IMG/VR virus record: IMGVR_UViG_3300024261_000005
Reading direction: 5' to 3' (one strand)
From: a virus
DNA length: 64,000 nucleotides
The position numbers were made by a program, and so were the translations under genes. The stretch's first letter is position 1, and each line of letters opens with the position of its first letter. The notes beneath the pieces are model-generated. The model worked only from the letters and a program-made list of their open reading frames with translations. It was not told the origin of the DNA and searched no databases. Of this stretch, positions 1 to 9,935 are shown piece after piece.

Positions 1-13
1 TAGGAGAGAGAAA

Positions 14-418
14 ATGGCCGTTGTATATCCAGGATTAGTAAATATAGACGCTTCTACAATTACGGTAACCACCGTGAATGTTTATGACGACAATCAAAGA
101 ACCCATACATACGATTTAAGTGATCAGTTTCCAGACTGGAATCCCGAACCAGATGGTAACAGCCTAACAGGCGACGCCCTCATCGCTGCGCAGCAACCTC
201 TGAGTACAATAACCCTGCCTGCATCAGCAAGAGTCAATACTATAATGATTATATTAGACGGAATGACTTTATCTCCCCAATTGAATCCAAATGGCGCTGG
301 CGACTATAAAATTGCTACTAGTAAAATAATCGATTTACTCTGGGACGACGCAGAGCTTCCGAGACGACATAGTAGTACGGACACTCCTGTACTTTTAGCT
401 CGCTATACACTAGCTTAA
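14..418 (+). CDS. Hypothetical protein, probably virion/tail associated
   Basis: 134-aa beta-rich ORF with an AGGAG SD at 2-6; lies directly upstream of the fibre genes. Confidence 0.6.
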   Translation: MAVVYPGLVNIDASTITVTTVNVYDDNQRTHTYDLSDQFPDWNPEPDGNSLTGDALIAAQQPLSTITLPASARVNTIMIILDGMTLSPQLNPNGAGDYKIATSKIIDLLWDDAELPRRHSSTDTPVLLARYTLA

Positions 419-431
419 TAAGGATTCCATA

Positions 432-3140
432 ATGGCTACAAGAAGAACTGACTTACGCAAAGGGGCAATTGACAGCTCTGTCATAACCCAGATTACAAAT
501 ACCGTCATAGCACAAGTATCAGGATCAATTGGTGCAACTGGACCTGCTGGTGCAACTGGACCTCAGGGGACCCAAGGTCAAGCTGGGGCACAAGGCTCAC
601 AAGGACCAACAGGCAATGTAGGTCCTGTGGGCCCCACAGGTGACAGTGGAATTCAAGGCTCACAAGGATCGACGGGCAACGATGGCTCTGTTGGGCCTCA
701 AGGCCTCACTGGCGTTCAAGGACCTACAGGCGATGCCGGTGCACAAGGAATCCAAGGCCCCCTGGGGCCTCAAGGTGCCACTGGAGACGATGGCGCTACA
801 GGGCTTCAAGGTATTCAGGGAATAACAGGCAACGACGGTGCTACAGGTCCTCAGGGCGTTCAAGGCGATACAGGGCCTCAAGGTGCTGCTGGAAATGATG
901 GAGCTCAAGGTAATCCAGGTTCCACTGGAGCTACTGGCCCACAGGGCGCCACTGGCGCTGACGGAATCGACGGAGCAACAGGGCCTCAAGGCGACACTGG
1001 CGCAACTGGTCCTACTGGCGCTACGGGTCCACAAGGAGCAACAGGAACTAACGGTTCTAACGGAATCGACGGAGCTCAAGGCCCCACAGGGGCTCAAGGC
1101 GTTGACGGTCCACAAGGGATTCAAGGACCCGTTGGTGCCGATGGTGCAACTGGTGCTGACGGAGCAGTTGGACCCCAAGGGGCGACTGGCAACGATGGTG
1201 CTCAAGGCGTTGCTGGCCCAACAGGCGTTGCTGGCCCAACAGGCGCTGACGGAACCGACGGAGCAAATGGAGTGCAAGGCTCAACGGGTGATACTGGTGC
1301 AACAGGACCGGCAGGCGCAACTGGGTCAACTGGCCCCAGAGGCGACGCATTCGCTATAGACCAAACAGGAGTCTTAATCGAGAGTGCTATTAGTAGTATT
1401 CAGGCTACCTCTTCAATCACTGCACAAAATCCATACTTCTTTGTTATCACTACTGACAGCAGATCTGATAGTAGTACGCCGAGTCCTTTAGCTGGCGATA
1501 TGTCTGGACATCTTGTTGTCTATGATGGGAGTGTTTGGTCTGATTTCGGTCAGTTTACAGGTACAAAAGGTGATACTGGCGATACGGGGACTCAAGGTCC
1601 CCAGGGAGCTCAGGGAGTTGTCGGTGCCACTGGAGCAGCAGGGAGCACAGGCCCTCAAGGTGACGTGGGTTCTACTGGTCCTGCAGGAGCAACTGGACCT
1701 CAAGGAATTCAAGGCGATACAGGTCCTCAAGGTGTTCAAGGTACCGCTGGGATCACAGGCCCTCAAGGAGCTACAGGATCTGCTGGGGCTGCTGGTAGTA
1801 CCGGTCCTCAAGGGGACGCGGGTTCTACTGGACCAACAGGTGCAACAGGCCCACAAGGTGTGCAGGGTGATACAGGACCAACCGGACCGCAAGGCGACAC
1901 TGGAGCTGCTGGACCAACAGGCACTCAAGGCGTCCAGGGTCCCACTGGAGACACGGGCTCAACAGGATCTACTGGGGCCACAGGACTGCAAGGTGATACT
2001 GGGACGACCGGAAGTACCGGATCTCAAGGCCCCACCGGGGCAACAGGCCCTGTAGGAGCAACTGGATCTCAAGGAATTCAAGGGCCTCAAGGCGATGCTG
2101 GAGCTACAGGGTCCGTTGGGGCAACAGGCCCTATAGGAAACACTGGCGTCCAAGGTCCCGCTGGAGACACGGGAACCCAGGGAGTAACAGGGCCTCAAGG
2201 CGACACCGGCGCTACAGGAGCGGCTGGAGCTACAGGACCGACCGGCGCTACAGGAGCGGCTGGTGCCGGTGCAAACAATGCAACTATTGCGACCACTCTT
2301 TCTACCCACAGTGGCTTTATAGCAAGCGTTGGGGATGACCTAGCAGCAGACACCAGCTTCCAAGCGAGCGTCAAAGGTGATACAGGGGCAACTGGACTCC
2401 AAGGGAGTATTGGGGCTACAGGACCGCAAGGAGACCAGGGCCTCACTGGAGTAACAGGAGCTACTGGTCCTGTTGTGATTGCAACAGCAAGCATTCTTGG
2501 TGGTGTTAAGATTAATGGGAATAACCTTTCTATTAATGCTTCTGGAGTCCTATCTTCTGAAGACACAGCGTTACATTCACAAGTTGATCAAATAGAAACA
2601 ACTATAGGCTTAGCTACTGGAGGCACGTTAGGTTCTTGGGCCAATCATGCTAACTACAGTGTAGCAGCAACTGTTAAAGCAGCTATTGAAGGGGTTGATG
2701 AGCAAGTTAGGTTGCAAACAATTAACATAACTTCTCTTAACTCATTAGGAAATCTTCACGAAACTGCTATTGGGATTAGTTCTACAGGTAACTATGAAAG
2801 TAGAAGTGGCACAAACTATATAGATAGCGCAACAGATGTTGTTGGAGAAGCTACTCTACTTGATGCGCAGGTTAAAACCAATGCAGATAATATTGATCTT
2901 TTAGAAATTAGAGGCGGCGGATTGCTTATGGAAACGACGACCGCGGGAATATATCTTCCAGATACAATAATGCTATCAAGTCATGCAGGGCCATTTAGGA
3001 TTGATTTCGCACAAGCAATAGCGAATAGTGGTGCTGCCGATTTGACATTCTATGGAACCAAAGCAAAAACACACGAAGATCGACATTTTACAATAGACAC
3101 CACAACTGGCGACATTACCTTTACAGGTACTACACTTTAA
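432..3140 (+). CDS. Collagen-like tail fibre/whisker protein
   Basis: Two long uninterrupted Gly-X-Y blocks and a short third block, followed by a C-terminal coiled-coil/trimer-like region ([20 protein letters not shown]). Confidence 0.85.
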   Translation: MATRRTDLRKGAIDSSVITQITNTVIAQVSGSIGATGPAGATGPQGTQGQAGAQGSQGPTGNVGPVGPTGDSGIQGSQGSTGNDGSVGPQGLTGVQGPTGDAGAQGIQGPLGPQGATGDDGATGLQGIQGITGNDGATGPQGVQGDTGPQGAAGNDGAQGNPGSTGATGPQGATGADGIDGATGPQGDTGATGPTGATGPQGATGTNGSNGIDGAQGPTGAQGVDGPQGIQGPVGADGATGADGAVGPQGATGNDGAQGVAGPTGVAGPTGADGTDGANGVQGSTGDTGATGPAGATGSTGPRGDAFAIDQTGVLIESAISSIQATSSITAQNPYFFVITTDSRSDSSTPSPLAGDMSGHLVVYDGSVWSDFGQFTGTKGDTGDTGTQGPQGAQGVVGATGAAGSTGPQGDVGSTGPAGATGPQGIQGDTGPQGVQGTAGITGPQGATGSAGAAGSTGPQGDAGSTGPTGATGPQGVQGDTGPTGPQGDTGAAGPTGTQGVQGPTGDTGSTGSTGATGLQGDTGTTGSTGSQGPTGATGPVGATGSQGIQGPQGDAGATGSVGATGPIGNTGVQGPAGDTGTQGVTGPQGDTGATGAAGATGPTGATGAAGAGANNATIATTLSTHSGFIASVGDDLAADTSFQASVKGDTGATGLQGSIGATGPQGDQGLTGVTGATGPVVIATASILGGVKINGNNLSINASGVLSSEDTALHSQVDQIETTIGLATGGTLGSWANHANYSVAATVKAAIEGVDEQVRLQTINITSLNSLGNLHETAIGISSTGNYESRSGTNYIDSATDVVGEATLLDAQVKTNADNIDLLEIRGGGLLMETTTAGIYLPDTIMLSSHAGPFRIDFAQAIANSGAADLTFYGTKAKTHEDRHFTIDTTTGDITFTGTTL
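522..1349 (+). repeat. Collagen Gly-X-Y block 1 (92 triplets)
   Basis: Gly at every third residue from GSI to GDA; includes an exact 18-bp tandem duplication at 1205-1240. Confidence 0.95.
1560..2270 (+). repeat. Collagen Gly-X-Y block 2 (79 triplets)
   Basis: Continuous Gly-X-Y from GTK to GAG; Thr and Gln dominate the Y position. Confidence 0.95.
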
Positions 3141-3172
3141 ATTAAAAACTTTATATTGCAGGAGAGATTACC

Positions 3173-6100
3173 ATGGCAAAAATAAAACCTGAAACATCCG
3201 GAGATCATGACCTCGGAGACAGCTCCTTTAAGTGGGGCGCCGTGCACACGGTGCACGTCGAAACAGAAACCTTGACTACCTCTGGGAATCTTGTTGTAGG
3301 CGGTACGCTAACCGTAACCGGATCAAACATTGTTGCTGAAGTGACAACTATAGCAGCAGAAGATCCGCTTATAAGTCTTGCAAAAGACAATACTGGCGAT
3401 GTATTCGATATCGGATTCTATGGAAAAGCTGTTAATGGTTCTTCTGAAACCGATTATCATGGTTTTGTTAGAGCTGCATCTGATGGTAAATTCAAAATCT
3501 TTAAAAATGCGTCTGCCGAACCTACTACAACTGTAGGCTCCCATGAAGTAGCCACGCTTGTGGCTGATCTTGAAGTTCCTAACGGAAGCTCTCTAAAAGT
3601 TCCTCAAGCCAATGGGACTCCAATAGATTACATTACTGCTGTAACTTTAGGTACTGCTCAGGCTAATAAAGTTCTTACTGTAGACAATAGTAAAAATCTC
3701 ACTGGAATTAATAATATCACTGCTTCTGGTACGATCCAAGCTGGTAATGTTTTGATTTCAGGAAGCGCAATTAGCACTTCTGGAGGTGCAGCTCCTTCTT
3801 TTGAAGAAGTTGCTATCACTGGTGGCTCTATTGATGGTACAACTATTGGTGGTACAACTGCAGCTGCTGTTACTGCGACTACTTTAAGTGCAAGTAGTGC
3901 TACTGTTAGCGGTACAACAACTTTGCAAGGAGCAGTTACGCTAGGCAATGCTGCTGCAGACGATATTACCGTAACAGGTAGTCTTGCATCTAGTGTAGTT
4001 CCAAAAGTAGATGGAACTCATGATCTGGGTACTAATGCACTAAGAATGCGCCATGTCTATTCAGACAACATTACAGCAACTACTATCAATGCATTTGCTG
4101 CTGGTGGGGCTGTAAATTTCAATAATCAAGATATGACTAATGTAAAAATTACTAGTGGTAGTATTTCTGGTTCCGACGTTACTGTTGGCGTAGGTAAGAC
4201 TCTCAACGTTTCAGCTGGCACTATTACTTTTGCTGCAGGCCAAGTCTCTAATACTGATTTAGCTACGATTAATACTGCTGGTAAAGTTTCACTTGGTGCT
4301 TTAGATATTGATGGTGCGGATGAAATGGACGCTGCTATCGCTGATGCCGACCTGCTCATTATTGATGATGGTGGCAACGGTATAGAAAAATCTATGTTAG
4401 CATCTCGCATCCCCACTTATGTTATTTCAAAACTAAGCGGTGGAACTGGCGTTGCCCATCTTAATGGTACGTTTAGTATCGGTCAAGCAGTTGCGACTAC
4501 TGATGATGTTACTTTTAGTACTGTCACTGCAACTACTTTTTCTGGTGTAGTAACTAGCATCTCTAATCATACAACTCAAAATCTCACAGAGCATTCTGAC
4601 AACAAGTATTACACTGATGAAAGAGTAGACGATAGAGTTAGTGAGTTACTAAGCGACGGCCAAGCAATTGGTCTTAGTTATGCTGACAATGGAGCTGGAG
4701 CTTTAACAATTGCAGTCGATACTGCTACTGCTTCAACTTTAGGTGTAGCTTCTTTTTCAGGTGACAACTTCCTTGTTTCAAGTGGTGCTGTAACTATCAA
4801 GGATGGCGGTATTGCAAATGCTGAGTTAGCTCAAAGCGCCATGAGTATTGCAGGTCAATCAGTTTCACTTGGCGCTAGTATTACTGCAGCATCTATAGCT
4901 GCTGCTATCGGTGGCGAAGCTATGGAATTAACAGCTGTTACCGATCTTGATAGTCCTCAAAGTAACTTGACAATCTTTAACACTAATAATGCTAGTCGTA
5001 CACTTACGATAGGTGCTGTAAATGGTACTATTGCGATTCCAGGTGATCTTGATCTTACAGGAGATATGAAAGACGATCTCAATCTTGTAGCAACAAAGAA
5101 GTATCAGATTGCTGGTACTGATGTTTTGTCTGCCACTACTCTCGGAAGCGGTGTTGTCGCTTCTAGCCTTACTTCAGTAGGTGCTCTTGCCTCAGGTAGT
5201 ATTGCTTCTGGTTTTGGAACCATCTCTACTGCAAGTAATATCTCTACTACTCAAGTTATTAATTTAGCTACAGACGCAGATATAGACGGCTATTCCGCAG
5301 ACAGTGCAACCGGCAGACTTACTTTAGGCACGAGTAACGATCTAAGCCTTTATCATGGTGGAACTAATTCTTATATTGTCAATAAAGTTGGCGAACTTCG
5401 GCTTGACGCTCCTTTTTCTAGTGAGATTTCACTCTCTATAGCTGGTGCTGAAGAGGCGCATATCGATGCTGACGGTATCGATCTTGCTAGTGGTAATGAC
5501 TACAGAATTAATAATGCGTCTGTACTTTCAGCTACTACTCTCGGTTCAGGTGTAGTTGCTTCAAGCTTGACTACTGTGGGTGCTTTGGATTCAGGTAGTA
5601 TTACTAATGGATTCACGTCCATTGATGTTGGTTCAGGTGCAATCACAACAACTGGAACTCTTACTGGGGGAATCCTGGCGGTTGATGATATTCAGATTAA
5701 CGGATCTAATATTGGGCACACCGATGATATTGACCTGCTTACTGTTGCAAGTGGAACCCTTACTGTTGCAGGGCGTGTAGATTTAACTACACTCGCTATT
5801 GGTAGTACTGATATTACTGCTGACGCAACTGAACTGAATTATGTTGATGGAGTTACAAGTAACATCCAAACACAGCTTGATGCTAAAGCTCCAGCGGCCA
5901 ATCCAATCTTCTCAGGCACCATTACTTTTGGTAACGCAGTGATTAGCGAAGCAGAGCTAGAAATTCTCGACGGTGCGTTAATTTCCACTACCGAACTAAA
6001 TCATCTTAACAATGCTTCTGGCTCTATCCAGACACAGCTTGATGCTAAACAAGGCCTAAACACTCAACTTACTACGCTTTCAACCAGCCTGACAGCAGCT

Positions 6101-6763
6101 GTTGCCACAGAGCTTGTTGCGTTAGCCGATGGGGAGATTGAAGTTCTTGATGGCGCAACTCCTGGTTCAGCAGTTGCAAGTAAAGCTCTTGTGGTCAATG
6201 GTTCTAAAAACATTGGCACTCTCGGTACTGTTACTCTTGGTACTCTTACTGATGGTACTGCTACTTTGACTGGCGGTGCACTAACCAGCTTAACAAAGCT
6301 TACTGTAGACAATTTGCAATTAAACGCCAATGATCTTAAATCTACCTCTGGTGATTTAAATCTAAACTCTGCAAGTGGTGACGTTAAAATAGCAGCTGGA
6401 GTTGATCTTACATTATTGTCTGGGGGTAATATTACTGCTGATGGCAATGTTAGCATTAACGGTCTTTTGGAAACTGATGGAGTTAGACGAAAAACTTTAA
6501 TCAAAACCGATTCTTATACTATTGTTGGTGACGACCATACTATTCTATTCAACGTAGAGTCGGATAGTACTTGCACTTTGGCTACTTCTAACGATTCCGA
6601 CATGGTTTCTAAAGAGTATGTAATCAAAAATGTGGGCTCAAATACTATAACTTTTGCTTCCACCAGTCAGATTGATGGAAGCCCTGCTTCCAACACTACG
6701 CTTACTGCAGGACAAAAAATAAAAGTTATAGGTACAGCAGCATTTGGTTGGCAGTCAATTTAA
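3173..6763 (+). CDS. Long tail fibre / beta-rich receptor-binding protein
   Basis: 1196-aa Gly/Ser/Thr/Ala-rich ORF with AGGAGA SD; internal repeats VLSATTLGSGVVASSLT (x2) and ELNxxxxxxxxIQTQLDAK (x2); DLG...W fibre-type motifs. Confidence 0.8.
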   Translation: MAKIKPETSGDHDLGDSSFKWGAVHTVHVETETLTTSGNLVVGGTLTVTGSNIVAEVTTIAAEDPLISLAKDNTGDVFDIGFYGKAVNGSSETDYHGFVRAASDGKFKIFKNASAEPTTTVGSHEVATLVADLEVPNGSSLKVPQANGTPIDYITAVTLGTAQANKVLTVDNSKNLTGINNITASGTIQAGNVLISGSAISTSGGAAPSFEEVAITGGSIDGTTIGGTTAAAVTATTLSASSATVSGTTTLQGAVTLGNAAADDITVTGSLASSVVPKVDGTHDLGTNALRMRHVYSDNITATTINAFAAGGAVNFNNQDMTNVKITSGSISGSDVTVGVGKTLNVSAGTITFAAGQVSNTDLATINTAGKVSLGALDIDGADEMDAAIADADLLIIDDGGNGIEKSMLASRIPTYVISKLSGGTGVAHLNGTFSIGQAVATTDDVTFSTVTATTFSGVVTSISNHTTQNLTEHSDNKYYTDERVDDRVSELLSDGQAIGLSYADNGAGALTIAVDTATASTLGVASFSGDNFLVSSGAVTIKDGGIANAELAQSAMSIAGQSVSLGASITAASIAAAIGGEAMELTAVTDLDSPQSNLTIFNTNNASRTLTIGAVNGTIAIPGDLDLTGDMKDDLNLVATKKYQIAGTDVLSATTLGSGVVASSLTSVGALASGSIASGFGTISTASNISTTQVINLATDADIDGYSADSATGRLTLGTSNDLSLYHGGTNSYIVNKVGELRLDAPFSSEISLSIAGAEEAHIDADGIDLASGNDYRINNASVLSATTLGSGVVASSLTTVGALDSGSITNGFTSIDVGSGAITTTGTLTGGILAVDDIQINGSNIGHTDDIDLLTVASGTLTVAGRVDLTTLAIGSTDITADATELNYVDGVTSNIQTQLDAKAPAANPIFSGTITFGNAVISEAELEILDGALISTTELNHLNNASGSIQTQLDAKQGLNTQLTTLSTSLTAAVATELVALADGEIEVLDGATPGSAVASKALVVNGSKNIGTLGTVTLGTLTDGTATLTGGALTSLTKLTVDNLQLNANDLKSTSGDLNLNSASGDVKIAAGVDLTLLSGGNITADGNVSINGLLETDGVRRKTLIKTDSYTIVGDDHTILFNVESDSTCTLATSNDSDMVSKEYVIKNVGSNTITFASTSQIDGSPASNTTLTAGQKIKVIGTAAFGWQSI

Positions 6764-6809
6764 TTAAAGTAATCAACACACAGTAATATAAAGTAATCTT
6801 TTAGTTTTG

Positions 6810-6845
6810 AGGGGTAGTTCGCATTGGCGGGCTACCCCTTTTTTT
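6810..6845 (+). terminator. Rho-independent terminator
   Basis: Stem AGGGGTAGTTCGC / GCGGGCTACCCCT with an ATTG loop, followed by a T-tract, just after the fibre gene. Confidence 0.9.
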
Positions 6846-6865
6846 ATATATAAAGGAAAAGAAAA

Positions 6866-7102
6866 ATGTTCGACTCGTTTCAAGAAGCACTAGAAGGTGC
6901 TCTACAGTGGACGAAATGGCACGGCCTAACCATCAAGTCTATAAAGACTTATAGAATAGAGCCACACGAATTCTACTCAACAGAATTCACTACAACAACT
7001 AACAAAAGTTATGTCTGTACTTGGGAGAGCTCTCAAGTAACATTCATTGAAATACCCAACGAAACCTCAAGGAACCTAAATGCGTATAGTCGCAACCTAT
7101 GA
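6866..7102 (+). CDS. Hypothetical protein
   Basis: 78-aa ORF with an AAGGA SD, located after the terminator. Confidence 0.6.
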   Translation: MFDSFQEALEGALQWTKWHGLTIKSIKTYRIEPHEFYSTEFTTTTNKSYVCTWESSQVTFIEIPNETSRNLNAYSRNL

Positions 7103-7307
7103 AAACCCAAAATTCTGTAATCTTGCAGATATTGACAACTATAAAAACAAATTCAATTTCGATGGATTTGAAACCACAACTATTTATGCTTCTAGCTTAG
7201 TAGACCTAAAGCGACAAGTGAACTTAACAAGACTTCAAAGAGCCTCTCAAAGAGGCTCTAGCAGGCCCTTAAAGTTAAGTGATTTAACCATTAGAATAAA
7301 GGATTAA
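7080..7307 (+). CDS. Hypothetical protein
   Basis: 75-aa ORF with an AAGGA SD, overlapping the previous gene. Confidence 0.6.
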   Translation: MRIVATYENPKFCNLADIDNYKNKFNFDGFETTTIYASSLVDLKRQVNLTRLQRASQRGSSRPLKLSDLTIRIKD

Positions 7308-7310
7308 CTT

Positions 7311-7424
7311 ATGAAAATAATTTCAAAGGAGTACCTTGGAGAAGAAGAAGTTTATGATATTGGTGTAGCTTCTTTGGAAGGCAATCATAACTTTGTTCTC
7401 GAGAATGGAATTATAGCTTCTAAT
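7311..7424 (+). mobile_element. Split intein C-fragment (DnaE-type IntC)
   Basis: MKIISKEYLGEEEVYDIGV..GNHNFVLENGIIASN|CFN shows block F (VYDI..HNF), block G with terminal Asn, and a +1 Cys; it closely resembles the Npu/Ssp DnaE IntC. Confidence 0.93.
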
Positions 7425-8573
7425 TGCTTTAATAAAGCACATAGCGTTAGCTACTCCATACTCACTTATGTAAGCGCGTATATGAAGACGCATTACCCTG
7501 TGGAGTTTTTTACTGCGTTGATGTCCACAAGAAGTAAAACTTTACAGCCTAAATCCTGGGCAATTAAAGCTCCTGAATACATTCAAGAAGCTAAAAAGTT
7601 TGGTGTGCATGTGTATCCGCCATTTGTTAATCAAAGCGGATACGAATTCACAATCAGTGATGGCGAGATATACTTTGGGCTCAATGCAATCAGAGACGTC
7701 GGCAAGACTGCTGCTCGTATGATTATTAAAGCTCGACAAAAAACACCCTTTAAATCTGTTAAAGATTTTATTTCAAGAATTAACCTTCAAAAAGTAAATA
7801 CAAAAACGTTCGATGCTCTTGTTAAGGCTGGTGCCTTCGATAAGCTAGGTTACGATAGAGCAGGACTTCTAGAGAAGTGCCCTTTAATTTACGCATACGT
7901 AAGAGATCTTGAAGACTACAAGCAGCGCCAGTTAGACGTTGTGGAGCGAGACAATTACAACAACCAAGTTGTTCCGCTTATAGAGCGTAGAAACTTTCTT
8001 AGAAAAGAACTTAAGAAAATACAGAACAGAATTGATAAAGATAAAGTAAAAGAGAATGACATAGACAATTTTCATCTCATGTCTGAGGAACTAGAACCAT
8101 TAGAAGCTGAGAACTTAAAGAAAAAAGTCTCTCTAAAGCCGAAAGAGAAGCCTGAGTTCCCCGAACTTCTTAAGTCAGATTCTATTGAGCTAGGTATGGA
8201 AGAGATATTAAATCAAGCAAATTACATTGGTTGTTACATTGGTGGACACCCACTAGATTTGATATCAATTAAAAAAGACGACCTGGATTCATTAGAGGAA
8301 GGTGACTACGCTAACGTCGCTGGTGTCATCCTTTCTATGAAAGAGATTACAACAAGAAAAAACAAACAGATGGCTTTCGTTGAAATTAATGATAAAACTA
8401 GTTCAGCTGAAATTGTTATTTTTCCACAGCTATGGAAAAAAGTTTCAAGTCTAGGCTTAAAAGAAACTACAATCGTTACCTGCAAGGTAAAGGTTGAGCA
8501 AGTTGAGCCAGATATAAAGCTTATTTTAAATTCAATTAATATTTATAAGGACTTTTATGAGATGGACTCCTGA
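7311..8573 (+). CDS. dnaE: DNA polymerase III alpha subunit, C-terminal half, with N-terminal split-intein C fragment
   Basis: Begins with a 38-aa IntC, then CFNKAHSVSY...YMKTHYPVEFFTALM, an HhH region (GLNAIRDVG...PFKSVKDFISR...LVKAGAFD), GCYIGGHPL, and an OB fold (VAGVI...MAFVEIND...IVIFP). Confidence 0.95.
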   Translation: MKIISKEYLGEEEVYDIGVASLEGNHNFVLENGIIASNCFNKAHSVSYSILTYVSAYMKTHYPVEFFTALMSTRSKTLQPKSWAIKAPEYIQEAKKFGVHVYPPFVNQSGYEFTISDGEIYFGLNAIRDVGKTAARMIIKARQKTPFKSVKDFISRINLQKVNTKTFDALVKAGAFDKLGYDRAGLLEKCPLIYAYVRDLEDYKQRQLDVVERDNYNNQVVPLIERRNFLRKELKKIQNRIDKDKVKENDIDNFHLMSEELEPLEAENLKKKVSLKPKEKPEFPELLKSDSIELGMEEILNQANYIGCYIGGHPLDLISIKKDDLDSLEEGDYANVAGVILSMKEITTRKNKQMAFVEINDKTSSAEIVIFPQLWKKVSSLGLKETTIVTCKVKVEQVEPDIKLILNSINIYKDFYEMDS

Positions 8574-9621
8574 AGAAGAATACCTATTGCAACTATTTAC
8601 TGGTGAAAAAACCTTTAAAGAAATTGCTGAATTAATCTGCCTAAAACATGAGCAAGGAACTCCTGGCTTTCCAGTGAAGCGAACCTTCGACGCAGTAAGA
8701 ACTAAAATTTCTCGAAAAGATAATTCAAAAGTATCTCAAACTTACGACAATGCATGGAAGAATATTATTGACACCGCTAAGGAGTTCAGGTCTAAAAGCT
8801 CTAAGTTAGAGCTAGGGCTTAGCACTTCAAAAGCCAGAAAAATAATATCTTTCAGTGATCTGCACATACCATTCTTCCTCTGGGAAGATATGAAAGCAGC
8901 ACTTGATAAGCATAAAGACGCTGATATTGTAGTTCTGAATGGGGACATCCTTGATGCCTACATGTTCAGCACCTTCAGTAAGACTAAAAGTATTGCTGCA
9001 ATAAAAGAATACATTGCTGCATTCGACTTAGTACACTATCTGTCGAATAACTTTCCCACGGTGGTTATGGTCTCTGGGAACCATGATTATAGAACTACTA
9101 GAGCGATAAAACAAAGTGGACTATCAAGCGATGTTATGAAAGTCTACCGTCCAGACCTTTTGTCACGCATTGCTGCAGGAGAAAAATTAAACACTTTTGG
9201 TGAATTAGAAACTATCGTAGATTTCAAGAACGTTCATTATCAAAAATACGACTCGTGGTACGTCCGAATTGGAAAAACTATCTTCTGTCATCCAAGTGGA
9301 TTCGGAAGCAAATACCCAGGCGCAACCGTAGTTAAACTTCACGATCACTTTTCACAACGTATGGATTCTAGCGATTTTGATTCTATCGTTGTGGGTCACA
9401 CACATAAGGTGTACAAGGGTGTTATCTCTGGAAAGCTCCTTATCGAACAAGGCGCAATGGCGCATAAACTCCCCTATCAATTCAGAGCAGATCTAAGATT
9501 TAAAAATGCAATGAATGGCTACGCCATCGTTTATCAAGATTCAGATGGCAACACAAACTTTAACGACTCCACTCCTATTTATTTAGGATCACATTTACCC
9601 ACAAAAAAAGGCGTAATCTAA
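8557..9621 (+). CDS. Calcineurin-like metallophosphoesterase with N-terminal HTH
   Basis: SDLH, NGD, GNHD and GHTH motifs; the N-terminus RWTPEEE...EIA...RTFDAVR is Myb/GcrA-like. Confidence 0.85.
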   Translation: MRWTPEEEYLLQLFTGEKTFKEIAELICLKHEQGTPGFPVKRTFDAVRTKISRKDNSKVSQTYDNAWKNIIDTAKEFRSKSSKLELGLSTSKARKIISFSDLHIPFFLWEDMKAALDKHKDADIVVLNGDILDAYMFSTFSKTKSIAAIKEYIAAFDLVHYLSNNFPTVVMVSGNHDYRTTRAIKQSGLSSDVMKVYRPDLLSRIAAGEKLNTFGELETIVDFKNVHYQKYDSWYVRIGKTIFCHPSGFGSKYPGATVVKLHDHFSQRMDSSDFDSIVVGHTHKVYKGVISGKLLIEQGAMAHKLPYQFRADLRFKNAMNGYAIVYQDSDGNTNFNDSTPIYLGSHLPTKKGVI

Positions 9622-9623
9622 AC

Positions 9624-9935
9624 ATGTCAAACGACGAACTAGACCCTAACGTTCAAGAACAACCAGTACCCTTCGGATTCTTAATCCCTCTCTCTCAAGC
9701 TCTTGAAGCTAGAATCGACTATAACTTCAATTCCATGATTCAATTATCTCTACTCGTGGAGTATCTCTATCAGGAACTTGAAGGCAAAGACATTGAAATT
9801 GAAATGGGAGATAAATTTCAAGCTTTCCAAGATGAACGAGTAAAGGAAATAAAAACTCAGTTCGAACTTCAAAAGACTGAAGCCGAGGCCGAAGCTGAGA
9901 TAGCTGAATCAAAAATAAACTTAAAGGATAATTAA
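9624..9935 (+). CDS. Hypothetical acidic coiled-coil protein
   Basis: 103-aa ORF tightly packed between its neighbours. Confidence 0.7.
   Translation: MSNDELDPNVQEQPVPFGFLIPLSQALEARIDYNFNSMIQLSLLVEYLYQELEGKDIEIEMGDKFQAFQDERVKEIKTQFELQKTEAEAEAEIAESKINLKDN

Noticed and set aside
640-2566. Many alternative-frame and antisense ORFs over the collagen gene
   Set aside because: They are by-products of the stop-poor Gly-X-Y codon periodicity and show no protein-like features.
5123-6049. Fibre repeats as a diversity-generating retroelement TR/VR pair
   Set aside because: Both copies are in-frame coding modules, the differences are mostly synonymous rather than adenine-specific, and no reverse transcriptase is present in the window.
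6866-7307. Small ORFs as the IntN or a homing endonuclease of the split dnaE
   Set aside because: No intein block A/B, LAGLIDADG, HNH or GIY-YIG motifs, and no DnaE sequence in them.
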